Part shown: piece by piece, positions 44,131 to 52,164 of the stretch
Numbering within the stretch: the first letter of the stretch is position 1
How the letters are laid out: the number at the start of each line of letters is the position of its first letter
Virus record (IMG/VR): IMGVR_UViG_3300045988_176028
Direction: 5' to 3' (one strand)
Source of the DNA: a virus
DNA length: 64,000 nt
Translations under genes and position numbers: made by a program
The notes under the pieces: model-generated
Database searches by the model: none
Told to the model about the DNA's origin: nothing
What the model saw: the letters and a program-made list of their open reading frames with translations, nothing else

Positions 44131-46787
44131 TGTTCTTGTCCTTCCTGTGTTTCTGACGCTTGCATTGCTTTCTTCTTTTCCTCTTCACGGCGAATCTTAT
44201 CGGTTGCGGTCGTGGAGATTTCCTTCAACAGGTCTGGCGGAATGATGACTTCGACGGGTACCGGCTGTTTGCTGGAATCCTTGAAGTAGGCGACGGCACC
44301 ACGAATGGTCTTGTCCTTGCCGGTCTCCTTGTCCTTGATACGCAGACGCCTCATGCCAGCCCAGTTCGGCTCATCGTTCTCCTTCGTATCACCCATGCTC
44401 ATACGGGAGCGGATACGATTGCCGGAATCCTCAATCTGCAACAGTCGCAAAGCGTCACGGGCAGGAGAATCCTGAATCGGGTCGTCCAAAGCCAGCAGGA
44501 ACGCTCGGCCGATACCGCCTGTCATACCAGCGTTGATGAACTCCTTGACCTTCTGGGAGGCGAACACCGGAGTGAAACGGCGGGAACGTGCGGTACGCAT
44601 CCACTCGTTCACCTTGGCGGCACCCTTGTCCTCGCCTAGGATTGCCCAAGCCTCATCGATGCCGACCATTCCGTCTCGTTCGCTTACTGCGGCACCCGCG
44701 CCGAACACAATCATACGAAGCACCCAACGTTGGATACGTCCTGTAACGGTGTTCTCGGCTCCCTGTTCCGGAATCATGGAACGGTTTCCAGCGTTGATAA
44801 GGGTAAGGTTCTGACTGACACGCAAAGGGGTCACGTTATCGTTCGTACCGAAGATAAGACGCAACGACTGGTTCGTATTGACGCTCATCGTAATCAGTTT
44901 GAACACGTCCAACGTGTCCGGATACAAGTTGTATTGCGAAGGGTCTTTCCCCGCTTGCTGGAGAGCACGGAAGTCGGTAGCCGCCTTGTACAGGATTGTC
45001 CCGCAACAGCGGCCACCCTTCTTGTAACCGTAATCCAGCATGGCCTTAACGGTAAGCTCATAGGAGGTATCGCCGTCAGGTTTCAGAATATCGGAAATCA
45101 TGATAGCGGCCATATCCTTGGCCTCTTCCTCGCTTCGGAGCACATTGTACGGGTCGAATGTTCCGTCAGCGATGTCGGAATCCATTCGGAGCACTGTTCC
45201 GTTACGGGACAGGACGGCATCCTCGAAGTCGTTGCCTTCCTTCGGGTTGACGAGAATACAAGGCGTTTTGCCCTTGCCGCTACGGGAGTCAATCAGCATC
45301 CACTGGAGGAACAGGCTCACCAACAGCATGGACTTTCCGGAACCGGTTTCACCGATGACCAGAATGCCCGGTCGGGTATCCTTATCCTGCACGGTGGTAG
45401 TGCCCACGTAAACGGGTTGCCGGTTCGCTTCGGTCAATCCGACCAGTGCTCCAGTATCATCACCGGCCTTGGCGAAACTACTCACGCCGCCACCAGCCAC
45501 GCAGGTCGCAGACCAGTGAATCTCATACGGTGTCATACGCACCGGAGAACACGCCTGCATGCTTTTGAACGCCATCAACTGTTCGTTGGCCGTGGTCAGA
45601 TTCGTGAACTCGAAATTCTGGATGTTCTGCAACGAGTCCACGGCAATCTGAGCGTTACCTGCCACACAGGTGGCGACACTCAAATCGATGATGCTCGGCG
45701 GCATTTCGGGAGAATTGTAAATGGCCTTCTTATAGTCCAGACGATATTTCAAATCGGTCATATCGGCGGAAGCCTCACGGCCATGCTGATAACGTTCCTT
45801 GATGTTCTCGTCAATCGTGCGGGCGTTACGGCGAATCGTGTCAGCCGTCACCTTGCCGGGTTCGACCTTGCCGCGAATGGACGTTCCGACGGCGTTCGCG
45901 CCACCCGCCGTAGCGACTTCCATCAGTTTCGCAATCCACAGGTTGGACGGGTCGGTGATGTCCGATTGTGCGAACTGGGTTGTTCGGGCGAAGCAGATGG
46001 ACGCCGGATACTCGCTGTCGATGTTCCACTGGTCGCAATCGATTCCCTCATCGTATAGTCGTTTCGCGTTCTGGCAGACCTTACTGTTCGGGAAGAAATG
46101 CAGGTGGTCGTTCTCGGCAATGATGGGAAGGGCGGACGCGGACGCTCGACTCACCCACCAAGTCTCCATCATCGCAACCATCTGCTCGCGTTCGCTTTCC
46201 TCCATGATGGTGAACGGGATAAGACCGGCGTTCAACATGATGCGTTCGATACGATGCGCGTCCGGCAGATACTCCTCAAACATGGCGTAACCGTTCGCCA
46301 TGGAGAAGCTAAGCTGATTGAACTTCGTGGTGACTTTCCGAAGAAGCGACTGTTTACGGCCTTTCCTACCGGCTTCGCCACCCAGTTTCAACGGGACTCC
46401 GATGACAGCGAACTGCTTGCACACGTTCAGATTACGGTAATAGTAAGCCTGATAGCTTTTCAAATCATCCTGTTGCATTACCGGCGGACGGTAGGGGATA
46501 GGCATGGAACCCGTAAGCAGATGGAATTCACGGTATTCGCTTTTCAGCAAATCCCTGTAGCGCATGCCCGCCACGCTGACCTCACCGGCCAGCCCGTCGA
46601 AGAAAGCCATGAAGCTTTGCTCGGCTTCCTTCCTTTTGGAGTCGCCCGCACCATCCAATAGTGCGCTCGTCCAAGGAATCTTCGCATACAGCCATACCGT
46701 TCTGTCCGGTGTCGCCGCTCGGAGCAGACCGTATTCGCTACCGGGGCTGATGAAGCTTTCCGGACGATAGAAACCGTCTCTTGCCAT
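44127..46787 (-). CDS. virB4: VirB4/TcpF-like conjugative type IV secretion ATPase (886 aa)
   Basis: Walker A ILVIGETGSGKS and Walker B MVGIDEAWAILG. Size and position next to the hydrolase and coupling ATPases fit a Gram-positive VirB4 homolog. Confidence 0.85.
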   Translation of the reverse strand: MARDGFYRPESFISPGSEYGLLRAATPDRTVWLYAKIPWTSALLDGAGDSKRKEAEQSFMAFFDGLAGEVSVAGMRYRDLLKSEYREFHLLTGSMPIPYRPPVMQQDDLKSYQAYYYRNLNVCKQFAVIGVPLKLGGEAGRKGRKQSLLRKVTTKFNQLSFSMANGYAMFEEYLPDAHRIERIMLNAGLIPFTIMEESEREQMVAMMETWWVSRASASALPIIAENDHLHFFPNSKVCQNAKRLYDEGIDCDQWNIDSEYPASICFARTTQFAQSDITDPSNLWIAKLMEVATAGGANAVGTSIRGKVEPGKVTADTIRRNARTIDENIKERYQHGREASADMTDLKYRLDYKKAIYNSPEMPPSIIDLSVATCVAGNAQIAVDSLQNIQNFEFTNLTTANEQLMAFKSMQACSPVRMTPYEIHWSATCVAGGGVSSFAKAGDDTGALVGLTEANRQPVYVGTTTVQDKDTRPGILVIGETGSGKSMLLVSLFLQWMLIDSRSGKGKTPCILVNPKEGNDFEDAVLSRNGTVLRMDSDIADGTFDPYNVLRSEEEAKDMAAIMISDILKPDGDTSYELTVKAMLDYGYKKGGRCCGTILYKAATDFRALQQAGKDPSQYNLYPDTLDVFKLITMSVNTNQSLRLIFGTNDNVTPLRVSQNLTLINAGNRSMIPEQGAENTVTGRIQRWVLRMIVFGAGAAVSERDGMVGIDEAWAILGEDKGAAKVNEWMRTARSRRFTPVFASQKVKEFINAGMTGGIGRAFLLALDDPIQDSPARDALRLLQIEDSGNRIRSRMSMGDTKENDEPNWAGMRRLRIKDKETGKDKTIRGAVAYFKDSSKQPVPVEVIIPPDLLKEISTTATDKIRREEEKKKAMQASETQEGQEQ

Positions 46788-46810
46788 TTCGGGTCAACCA
46801 CTTTCGATTC

Positions 46811-46830
46811 TGTGGAATCTTTCCTGTATC
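46811..46830 (-). promoter_or_regulatory. Degenerate box relative (GATACAGGAAAGATTCCACA) upstream of virB4-like operon
   Basis: Lies 38 nt before the ATG at 46787. Retains ATAC.GGAA...TCCACA. Flanked upstream by two TGGTTTCGACT direct repeats (46833 and 46848) and a TTGACA (46861-46866, minus strand). Confidence 0.35.
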
Positions 46831-46883
46831 ACTGGTTTCGACTCTAATGGTTTCGACTGTTGTCAACCTTCGGAAAACGGAAA

Positions 46884-46922
46884 AATCCCTCCCCCAACGG
46901 ATATTCCAATAGGGGAGGGATT
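46884..46922 (-). terminator. Rho-independent terminator after the LRV-gene fragment
   Basis: 11-bp stem AATCCCTCCCC/GGGGAGGGATT followed on the minus strand by TTTTCCGTTTTCC. Confidence 0.65.
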
Positions 46923-46940
46923 CAGAATCGGCGGATTGAA

Positions 46941-47309
46941 TCAGTCGTTCAGACCGAAGTATTCCATCGGGTCGAAATCGGCGCTCATGTATTTTCCGGG
47001 ATTGTCGTCTTCGACCGGCTTGGCCGGTTTGAATGGCTTGTCGATAGGTTTCTCACCTTTCTGCTTCAATCCGGAATAAGCCAACTGTCTCACGGACTTA
47101 TCCGAATCGTGGGACAGTTTCTTCAACGTTTCAACGGACGTGTTCGAGTTCGTCGCGATAGCACGCTTCACATGGGGACTCCACTGGTCGGACATATAGT
47201 CCAATGTTTCCGTCGAAGTATTCGGATTACCGGCGACGTTGATGCGGGTCTGAGTCCAACCGTCATCGGCCAGAACGTTCAATGTTTCCGGCGAGGCATG
47301 GGGAGTCAA
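46941..47309 (-). pseudogene. 3' fragment of an LRV-repeat gene split by the IS200/IS605 element
   Basis: The frame opens immediately after a TAG at the IS right end (the ORF-track start is TTG, not ATG). Encodes LRV-type repeats (ETL..LA.D....R..VA.NPNTS.ETL). The missing N-terminus is at 49055-49135. Confidence 0.65.
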
Positions 47310-47480
47310 CTACCGCGATGACGAGCGTCGCGGCTTGGACGTGGGCGTGACCCCCGCGACTCTCGTAAGGGAGGTCGTCGCGGGCACCCCATCCATCATG
47401 GGTGGTTGACGGCACCCTGACCTTGGATCTATCCAAGGTTTTGTATGGCTCTGTCTCGGATGTTCAACGCGGCGTTATGG
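47310..47480 (-). ncRNA. Putative TnpB guide RNA (omega/reRNA) scaffold spanning tnpB 3' end and right end
   Basis: Dense hairpins (CCTTGGAT-cta-ATCCAAGG at 47421-47438; CACCCAT/ATGGGGTG; CCCGCGAC/GTCGCGGG) lie directly at and after the tnpB stop, where omega RNAs are encoded in characterised IS200/IS605 elements. Extent not determined. Confidence 0.4.
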
Positions 47481-48586
47481 TCGGCGTTGTCGCTGTGCCC
47501 GCAACGGAGGCAGTCGAATCTCGCGTGATTGCGGTTTCTCGCGTCCACGTATCCGCAACGGTTGCATTTCTGACTCGTGTAGGCGGGGTCTACCATTAGG
47601 ATTCTGACGCCGTTCCTTGCGGCCTTGTAGGCGGTGAACTCTTGCAGTTGGGCGAACGGCCACTGGTTGAGCATGTTGCGGCGTCTTCTGCCGGTCTTGG
47701 TTCCTTTCCTCGCCTGACGGCGGATGTACGCCAAGTCCTCGAACGCTATGACACTCACGTTCGGAGTGTTCGCCAATCTTTTGGACGCGCGATGGTTGAC
47801 GTCACGGATGAACCGCTCTTCCCGATGTCTCATCGCCTTCAACCGGCGGCGGGCGCTTCGGGTGCCTTTTTCCTGCAATGTCTTCCTGTTGTGCGCGTAA
47901 CGGCGTCTGATTCCCTGCATGCGGGAATAGGAGGTCTCACCTCCTCTCGAATCCATGGTGAGGGAGTGCTGTCCCAAGTCAACGCCCAGTACGTCCCCAT
48001 GTTCGATTGGAGTGGACTGGGGTAGGCGGTATACGAGCATGACGCTCGCGTTTCGCCCGTCCGGGTCGAGGACGAGTTTGGCCGCGTTCAATTTGCGTTC
48101 GGGGTATCTGCGGTCGAACCATTCGGGAATGTCCGGCAACAGTATCCGCTGTCTTTTCTCGCCGTGCGTGACGCTCAACGACAGCAGGTTGCCACGCAGG
48201 GACATGACCCTCAAATCGTAGTTGATGGTCTTTTTCCTGCGTGACGCCTTGAGGTTCCACCGGCGTTTCGGATGGTTCGAGTTCCACGAGCGCACCGCTC
48301 CGGCGGCGTCGCGCATGGCTATGCAGACGAACTGGGATGGCAGTTCCGGATATTCGGCGCGGAGTCTCGCGTAATTGTCCTTCTGCATTCTGGTGCGGTT
48401 GACCGAACGGTTGCTGTCGCACCATGAGACAAGCGAACCCCACATGCGGTTGTAGGAGTCGGCCAATCCCTCGAAGATTCCGTACTGTTCAGGTGAGATG
48501 TCCAATGGGAGTACGAGGGTGCGTTGGGGTGTGGCATTCACCATGCTTTCCCTATGTTGCGCCGTCTTGCTTTTCCCAATGGTCAT
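47429..48586 (-). CDS. tnpB: TnpB (RNA-guided RuvC-like nuclease, OrfB_IS605 + Zn ribbon)
   Basis: RuvC residues in GVDLGQH, IAFEDL and NADHNAALNI. CNRCG...CLRCG zinc ribbon. The start could be the ATG at 48586 or 48544. The ORF-track start at 48796 would overlap tnpA. Confidence 0.85.
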   Translation of the reverse strand: MTIGKSKTAQHRESMVNATPQRTLVLPLDISPEQYGIFEGLADSYNRMWGSLVSWCDSNRSVNRTRMQKDNYARLRAEYPELPSQFVCIAMRDAAGAVRSWNSNHPKRRWNLKASRRKKTINYDLRVMSLRGNLLSLSVTHGEKRQRILLPDIPEWFDRRYPERKLNAAKLVLDPDGRNASVMLVYRLPQSTPIEHGDVLGVDLGQHSLTMDSRGGETSYSRMQGIRRRYAHNRKTLQEKGTRSARRRLKAMRHREERFIRDVNHRASKRLANTPNVSVIAFEDLAYIRRQARKGTKTGRRRRNMLNQWPFAQLQEFTAYKAARNGVRILMVDPAYTSQKCNRCGYVDARNRNHARFDCLRCGHSDNADHNAALNIRDRAIQNLG

Positions 48587-48610
48587 GCCTCTTATGATAC
48601 CATAGGTTTT

Positions 48611-49015
48611 ATGAGCATGCAACGAAATAGTCACCAAGTCTATGAACTCGGCTACCACATTATCTTCTGCACCAAATACAGGCACAAGATACTCACCGGA
48701 GAAGTCGAAATCGCATGCCGCAACGCCATAGCCGAGACCTGCGCCGCATACGGATGGACGTTGGAGGAGATAGAGGTCATGCCCGACCACGTCCACATGT
48801 TCGTCACCGCCAACCCGCAGACCGCCCCTGCCGAAATCGCCAGAACGGTCAAATCAATCAGCGCCGTCCGCATATTCACCCAATTCCCCGCACTCAAAGG
48901 AAGAAAATTCTGGGGAAGTGGCCTATGGTCGCCATCGACCTACTTCGGAAGCGTCGGACACATCAGCGAGGACACCGTCAGACGATACATACAAACCCAA
49001 AAGGAACGAGCCTAG
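48611..49015 (+). CDS. tnpA: IS200/IS605 Y1 (HUH) transposase TnpA
   Basis: YHIIFCTKYRHKIL, the HUH motif PDHVHMFV and C-terminal ...VRRYIQTQ with the catalytic Tyr. About 134 aa from the ATG at 48611. Confidence 0.85.
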   Translation: MSMQRNSHQVYELGYHIIFCTKYRHKILTGEVEIACRNAIAETCAAYGWTLEEIEVMPDHVHMFVTANPQTAPAEIARTVKSISAVRIFTQFPALKGRKFWGSGLWSPSTYFGSVGHISEDTVRRYIQTQKERA

Positions 49016-49054
49016 AACGGCGATTCCTCCCCGCCCACAAGAGGCGGGGAATCC

Positions 49055-49135
49055 TCACCTAACAAATCTTGAAGCGCCGCCATGCTCCTTGACCCATTTG
49101 CCCAGCGGGTCTCTTGCTTGTAAAGGATTGTACAT
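49055..49135 (-). pseudogene. 5' fragment of the IS-split LRV gene (MYNPLQARDPLGKWVKEHGGA...)
   Basis: GGAGGAGGA SD plus ATG at 49135. The first 20 aa parallel the N-terminus of the intact paralog (MVYNPSEPRDPLGKWMKAHGG). The frame then runs into the IS left end and stops at 49055. Confidence 0.6.
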
Positions 49136-49152
49136 TCCTCCTCCAATTTCTT

Positions 49153-50376
49153 TTAGTATTCGAATTGGATATCGTCGTATCCGCTGTCATCGTTGAAATC
49201 GACTCCCGCGTATTCGTCCGAAAGCCTTTGATTCTCACGGCAATGTTCAAGATTCATGACGGCCCTACGGCTGACTTTCTCGTCCTTGTCTTCGCTTAGC
49301 GTCTCCAACGTGTGAAGGCTGGTGTTCGAATTGCCCGCCACATGAAGTCTCGTCTCTGAGTCCTTCGACTGGGAGAGCCTGTCGAGCCTGTCCGGCACCG
49401 TGCAGTGTTCCGCCATGGGGCGGGTGCTGATGGTGTTGGTCATGTCGAAACGGTTCAGTATGCCCTGCGCCGACGAATCGTAGCCTAGCTCATGGAGTTT
49501 TTCGCACTGCTCGGACGAGGCGTGGTAGAGGAACTGGTCAGCCAATTTCGTCTCCGCGTCGATAGCCATGGCGGGGCATTTCATCCTGCCTTTGCTAAGG
49601 GGGAAGGTGGTTCCCGCCCTGTCGTCTGTCCATTCGCTGTGACCGGCCTCGAAGATTTGCAAGGCTGCGTCGTAGTCGCCGTTCCTAGCCGCCTCCGTGG
49701 CTATCTCCGACGTGTACGCGTCGCAGACATGCAGTTTCTCGTTGGTCTCGATATAGTCGTTGTAACCGTCCTGCCCCGGTAGCGGCATGGGGTCTCTCAC
49801 ATCGTCGTAGTCCATAAGCTCTTCGAGCCTCAGTGTTTGATGGTATCTGTTCTGCCCGAGCAGGACGCTGGGATTACCGTAATCGCCTTCCTTACAGTAT
49901 TCCAGCGAACGGTTCCGACACCATGCCATGAGAGCGTAGTCGGCAATGTCCTTGTCGGCATCACCTTCGAGCCGTTCCAGAGTGTTGGTCGGGGTGTTGC
50001 GGTTGAGGGCCACGGCACGTTTCACATAGAAGTTGTCATCGTCCGCCATCATGTCGAGCGTCTTGCCGTCCAGTTTCGGATTGGACGCGACTGCCGTGCG
50101 CTCCCTCACGTCGTCGCTGTACTTGAACGAGTCAAGCGTCTCGTCGCTGATGTTCGGGTTCATCAGCGCCTCCAGCCGGTTGTCCTCGTCTTTGCCGGTC
50201 TTGGCTATCTGGTCAATTACCGCTGTCGGCGTGTTTTTGGTATCGACAGCCGCCCCATGCTCTTCCGCATAGTTGAGATTTTTGACATTATCGGCAAGAC
50301 TCGCCTTCGGATTGCCACCATGCGCTTTCATCCACTTGCCCAGCGGGTCACGCGGTTCTGACGGATTATAAACCAT
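49153..50376 (-). CDS. Leucine-rich-repeat-variant (LRV) protein with N-terminal YNPxEPRDPLGKW motif (407 aa)
   Basis: Start at the ATG at 50376 (GGAGG 10 nt upstream). LRV-like units (NPNISDETLDSF...VRERTAVASNPKL..KTLDMMADD...VKRAVALNRNTPTNTLERL; ...RLHVAGNSNTSLHTLETLSEDKDEKVSRRA). Confidence 0.75.
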   Translation of the reverse strand: MVYNPSEPRDPLGKWMKAHGGNPKASLADNVKNLNYAEEHGAAVDTKNTPTAVIDQIAKTGKDEDNRLEALMNPNISDETLDSFKYSDDVRERTAVASNPKLDGKTLDMMADDDNFYVKRAVALNRNTPTNTLERLEGDADKDIADYALMAWCRNRSLEYCKEGDYGNPSVLLGQNRYHQTLRLEELMDYDDVRDPMPLPGQDGYNDYIETNEKLHVCDAYTSEIATEAARNGDYDAALQIFEAGHSEWTDDRAGTTFPLSKGRMKCPAMAIDAETKLADQFLYHASSEQCEKLHELGYDSSAQGILNRFDMTNTISTRPMAEHCTVPDRLDRLSQSKDSETRLHVAGNSNTSLHTLETLSEDKDEKVSRRAVMNLEHCRENQRLSDEYAGVDFNDDSGYDDIQFEY

Positions 50377-50383
50377 AAAAGAA

Positions 50384-50426
50384 AACCTCCGTTTCGCTGT
50401 AAACAACCTTACGCGAAAGGGAGGTT
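50384..50426 (-). terminator. Hairpin (terminator-like) whose 3' arm contains the SD of the LRV gene
   Basis: Minus strand: AACCTCCCTTTCGC-N15-GCGAAACGGAGGTT, then TTCTTTT-ATG. The stem is 14 bp with one mismatch. The GGAGG is inside the descending arm. Confidence 0.5.
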
Positions 50427-50450
50427 CTATTCTTGCTGTTTTGGTAAAAA

Positions 50451-50768
50451 TCAGGCTCCGGCTTGAGTGGTGTCTTTTTTGACTATGGACACGTATTCGT
50501 TTACCAGTTTCTTGAGTTCAGGATTCTGGTCGAGACGGATTTCCACTCCAAGCTTGGTGTTCTTGTAGAACGCGTAATTTTCCTTGGCAGCGATGGAAAG
50601 GCTGAAATCCTCGACCTTCCAATTATCGCCTGTCCCACGGTTCAGACTAAGGAACATGGCTCGGGCGAACCATTCCCTGCCGGTCGTATCCTTGACTGTA
50701 ATCATAGGTTGAATCTTATGGGTGACATCCGCCGTGAGACGTTTGCCCGGCACGATGATTTTAGGCAT
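50451..50768 (-). CDS. Hypothetical protein (105 aa)
   Basis: Intact ORF overlapping the stop of 50761-51300 by 8 nt. Confidence 0.55.
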   Translation of the reverse strand: MPKIIVPGKRLTADVTHKIQPMITVKDTTGREWFARAMFLSLNRGTGDNWKVEDFSLSIAAKENYAFYKNTKLGVEIRLDQNPELKKLVNEYVSIVKKDTTQAGA

Positions 50769-51300
50769 CTTCCTTACCCTCCTCCTTATATACGAACATG
50801 ACGTTCATGTGACTGTTCTTCAAGGCTGCATCCAACGGTGTCTTGCTACGAGCGCGATGACGGTATGCTTCGATATACCATTTCTCGAACGGGAAGTCAT
50901 CCCCGCTTTTGATGTTCTTGACCTTCACCCAGCGGGACGCGGTTTTCGCCCGCAGTGCGGTCGGTGCGGTGTAGCCGTCACGGTCGTCCATACCGTACTT
51001 GTAGTCCTCTCCGGACTCGTACAGTTTGCCGATGAGATATCTGCCGTCGGTGCGCCAGAGGATGAACTGGGAGCAGGTGTCGAGCGAGCGGACTGAGACG
51101 ATGCTGTCGAACGGGATGATGGCTTTGCCATCGTTCTGTTCCGCATGGTTGATGATTTCATCCATCATGCTTTCCGCCTGTCGCCAGTTGTAGCGGATGA
51201 TGGTGTCTTCGTCGGGTTTGACGCTGGCTTTTCCAATGAGGTCTGATTCCGAACTGATGCGCATGAATACTGCGCGTCTGTCCATGAGTGTTTCGGTCAT
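50761..51300 (-). CDS. Hypothetical protein (179 aa)
   Basis: Intact ORF 33 nt downstream of the box at 51320-51338. Confidence 0.6.
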   Translation of the reverse strand: MTETLMDRRAVFMRISSESDLIGKASVKPDEDTIIRYNWRQAESMMDEIINHAEQNDGKAIIPFDSIVSVRSLDTCSQFILWRTDGRYLIGKLYESGEDYKYGMDDRDGYTAPTALRAKTASRWVKVKNIKSGDDFPFEKWYIEAYRHRARSKTPLDAALKNSHMNVMFVYKEEGKEDA

Positions 51301-51319
51301 GGTGTTATCCTTACTCTTA

Positions 51320-51338
51320 TGTGACTACTTCCAGTATA
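51320..51338 (-). promoter_or_regulatory. Box promoter variant (TATACTGGAAGTAGTCACA)
   Basis: TATACTGG...TCACA architecture oriented into 50761-51300. Confidence 0.55.
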
Positions 51339-51374
51339 GGGTGTTTTTGCGAATGTGTCCAATACTGGAACCAT

Positions 51375-51908
51375 TCACACCTCACGTAGTCGAATACGGG
51401 TAAGCCCCGAACGTCGGGAAGTGGTAGCGGACTTGCGTTTGCCCTCGGCGTCGGCCATGGTCAGCATGGGTACCTTGCGTTCGAACACCAAGGACAATGG
51501 TTTGCCCTTGTCCTTACCTGCGGCGAGTTCATACAGGTCTGGGTTGAACCCTTCCAATGGTCTCAGGTTGTCCAACGCTATCCAGTATTTGGCTGGTTCT
51601 TTAGACCATGGTTTGGGACATTGGTAGAAGCTTCCTTCGTCCCATGTCCTTGGATTGTATGGGCTTCCGAAGCCAGTCACCTCGCCTATGAGCATGAGGT
51701 CTTCGTCGTGCGCGTACAGGATTACCTGCTCCACGTTTTTCATGACGCCTATGATTCCGCATTTCCATAGGACGTGGTTGTCGTGTTCTTTGCTGAATCG
51801 GAGATATTCCTGCATCACGGTGTGTGGTTGGAAGTATACGCGGCCTTGTCGGGGTGCGTATCCGATTCGTATCATCAGGATTTCTTTTGAGTGTGTTGTA
51901 CCAGTCAT
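51375..51908 (-). CDS. Hypothetical protein (177 aa)
   Basis: Intact ORF after the box at 51926-51944. The start could be the ATG at 51908 or the internal MIRIGY. Confidence 0.6.
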   Translation of the reverse strand: MTGTTHSKEILMIRIGYAPRQGRVYFQPHTVMQEYLRFSKEHDNHVLWKCGIIGVMKNVEQVILYAHDEDLMLIGEVTGFGSPYNPRTWDEGSFYQCPKPWSKEPAKYWIALDNLRPLEGFNPDLYELAAGKDKGKPLSLVFERKVPMLTMADAEGKRKSATTSRRSGLTRIRLREV

Positions 51909-51925
51909 GCTCCCATATTACCATA

Positions 51926-51944
51926 TGTGGACAATTCCAATATA
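51926..51944 (-). promoter_or_regulatory. Box promoter variant (TATATTGGAATTGTCCACA)
   Basis: Differs from consensus at 2 positions. Oriented into 51375-51908. Confidence 0.6.
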
Positions 51945-52164
51945 ACGTGTAGCACGTTAGGGGTAGCCTAAACTCAGTGCGCGTCACCCTTCTTCGACTT
52001 GCCGGACTTGCGAGAAGCCTTCAAAACGGCGGCAAACATACGAGCATCGTCCATCACCAGTTTTCGGGCGGGGATGCCCGGTATTTCAATGCCGGGAGGA
52101 ACTGCCCCCTCCTTTCGGTCTAAGTCTTCTTTCATTATACGCGCGTAGTGATATAATCGGAATC

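Larger units (their letters stand above)
47310..49076 (-). mobile_element. IS200/IS605-family insertion sequence (divergent tnpA/tnpB, IS605-like); ends approximate (+/- about 10 bp)
   Basis: Y1 HUH transposase plus TnpB. Subterminal hairpins at 49028-49050 (TCCCCGCC/GGCGGGGA) and 47328-47384 (GTCGCGG/CCGCGAC/GTCGCGGG). The flanks reconstitute one gene. Confidence 0.75.

Noticed and set aside
33006-46787. Search for a relaxase, oriT nick site or sortase within the transfer and adhesin regions.
   Set aside because: I saw no HUH/MOB-type motifs (other than the IS TnpA), no TrwC/MobA-like or Rep_trans-like signatures, and no TLxTC sortase motif in any translated ORF. Absence is reported, not a feature. 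These genes may lie outside the window.
50761-51908. Possible PUA/EVE-like or restriction-associated fold for the 179-aa and 177-aa proteins (…RWVKVKNIK… / …KYWIALDNLRPL…).
   Set aside because: The resemblance rests on a vague strand-loop pattern only. I cannot name a family or catalytic residues, so both remain hypothetical.
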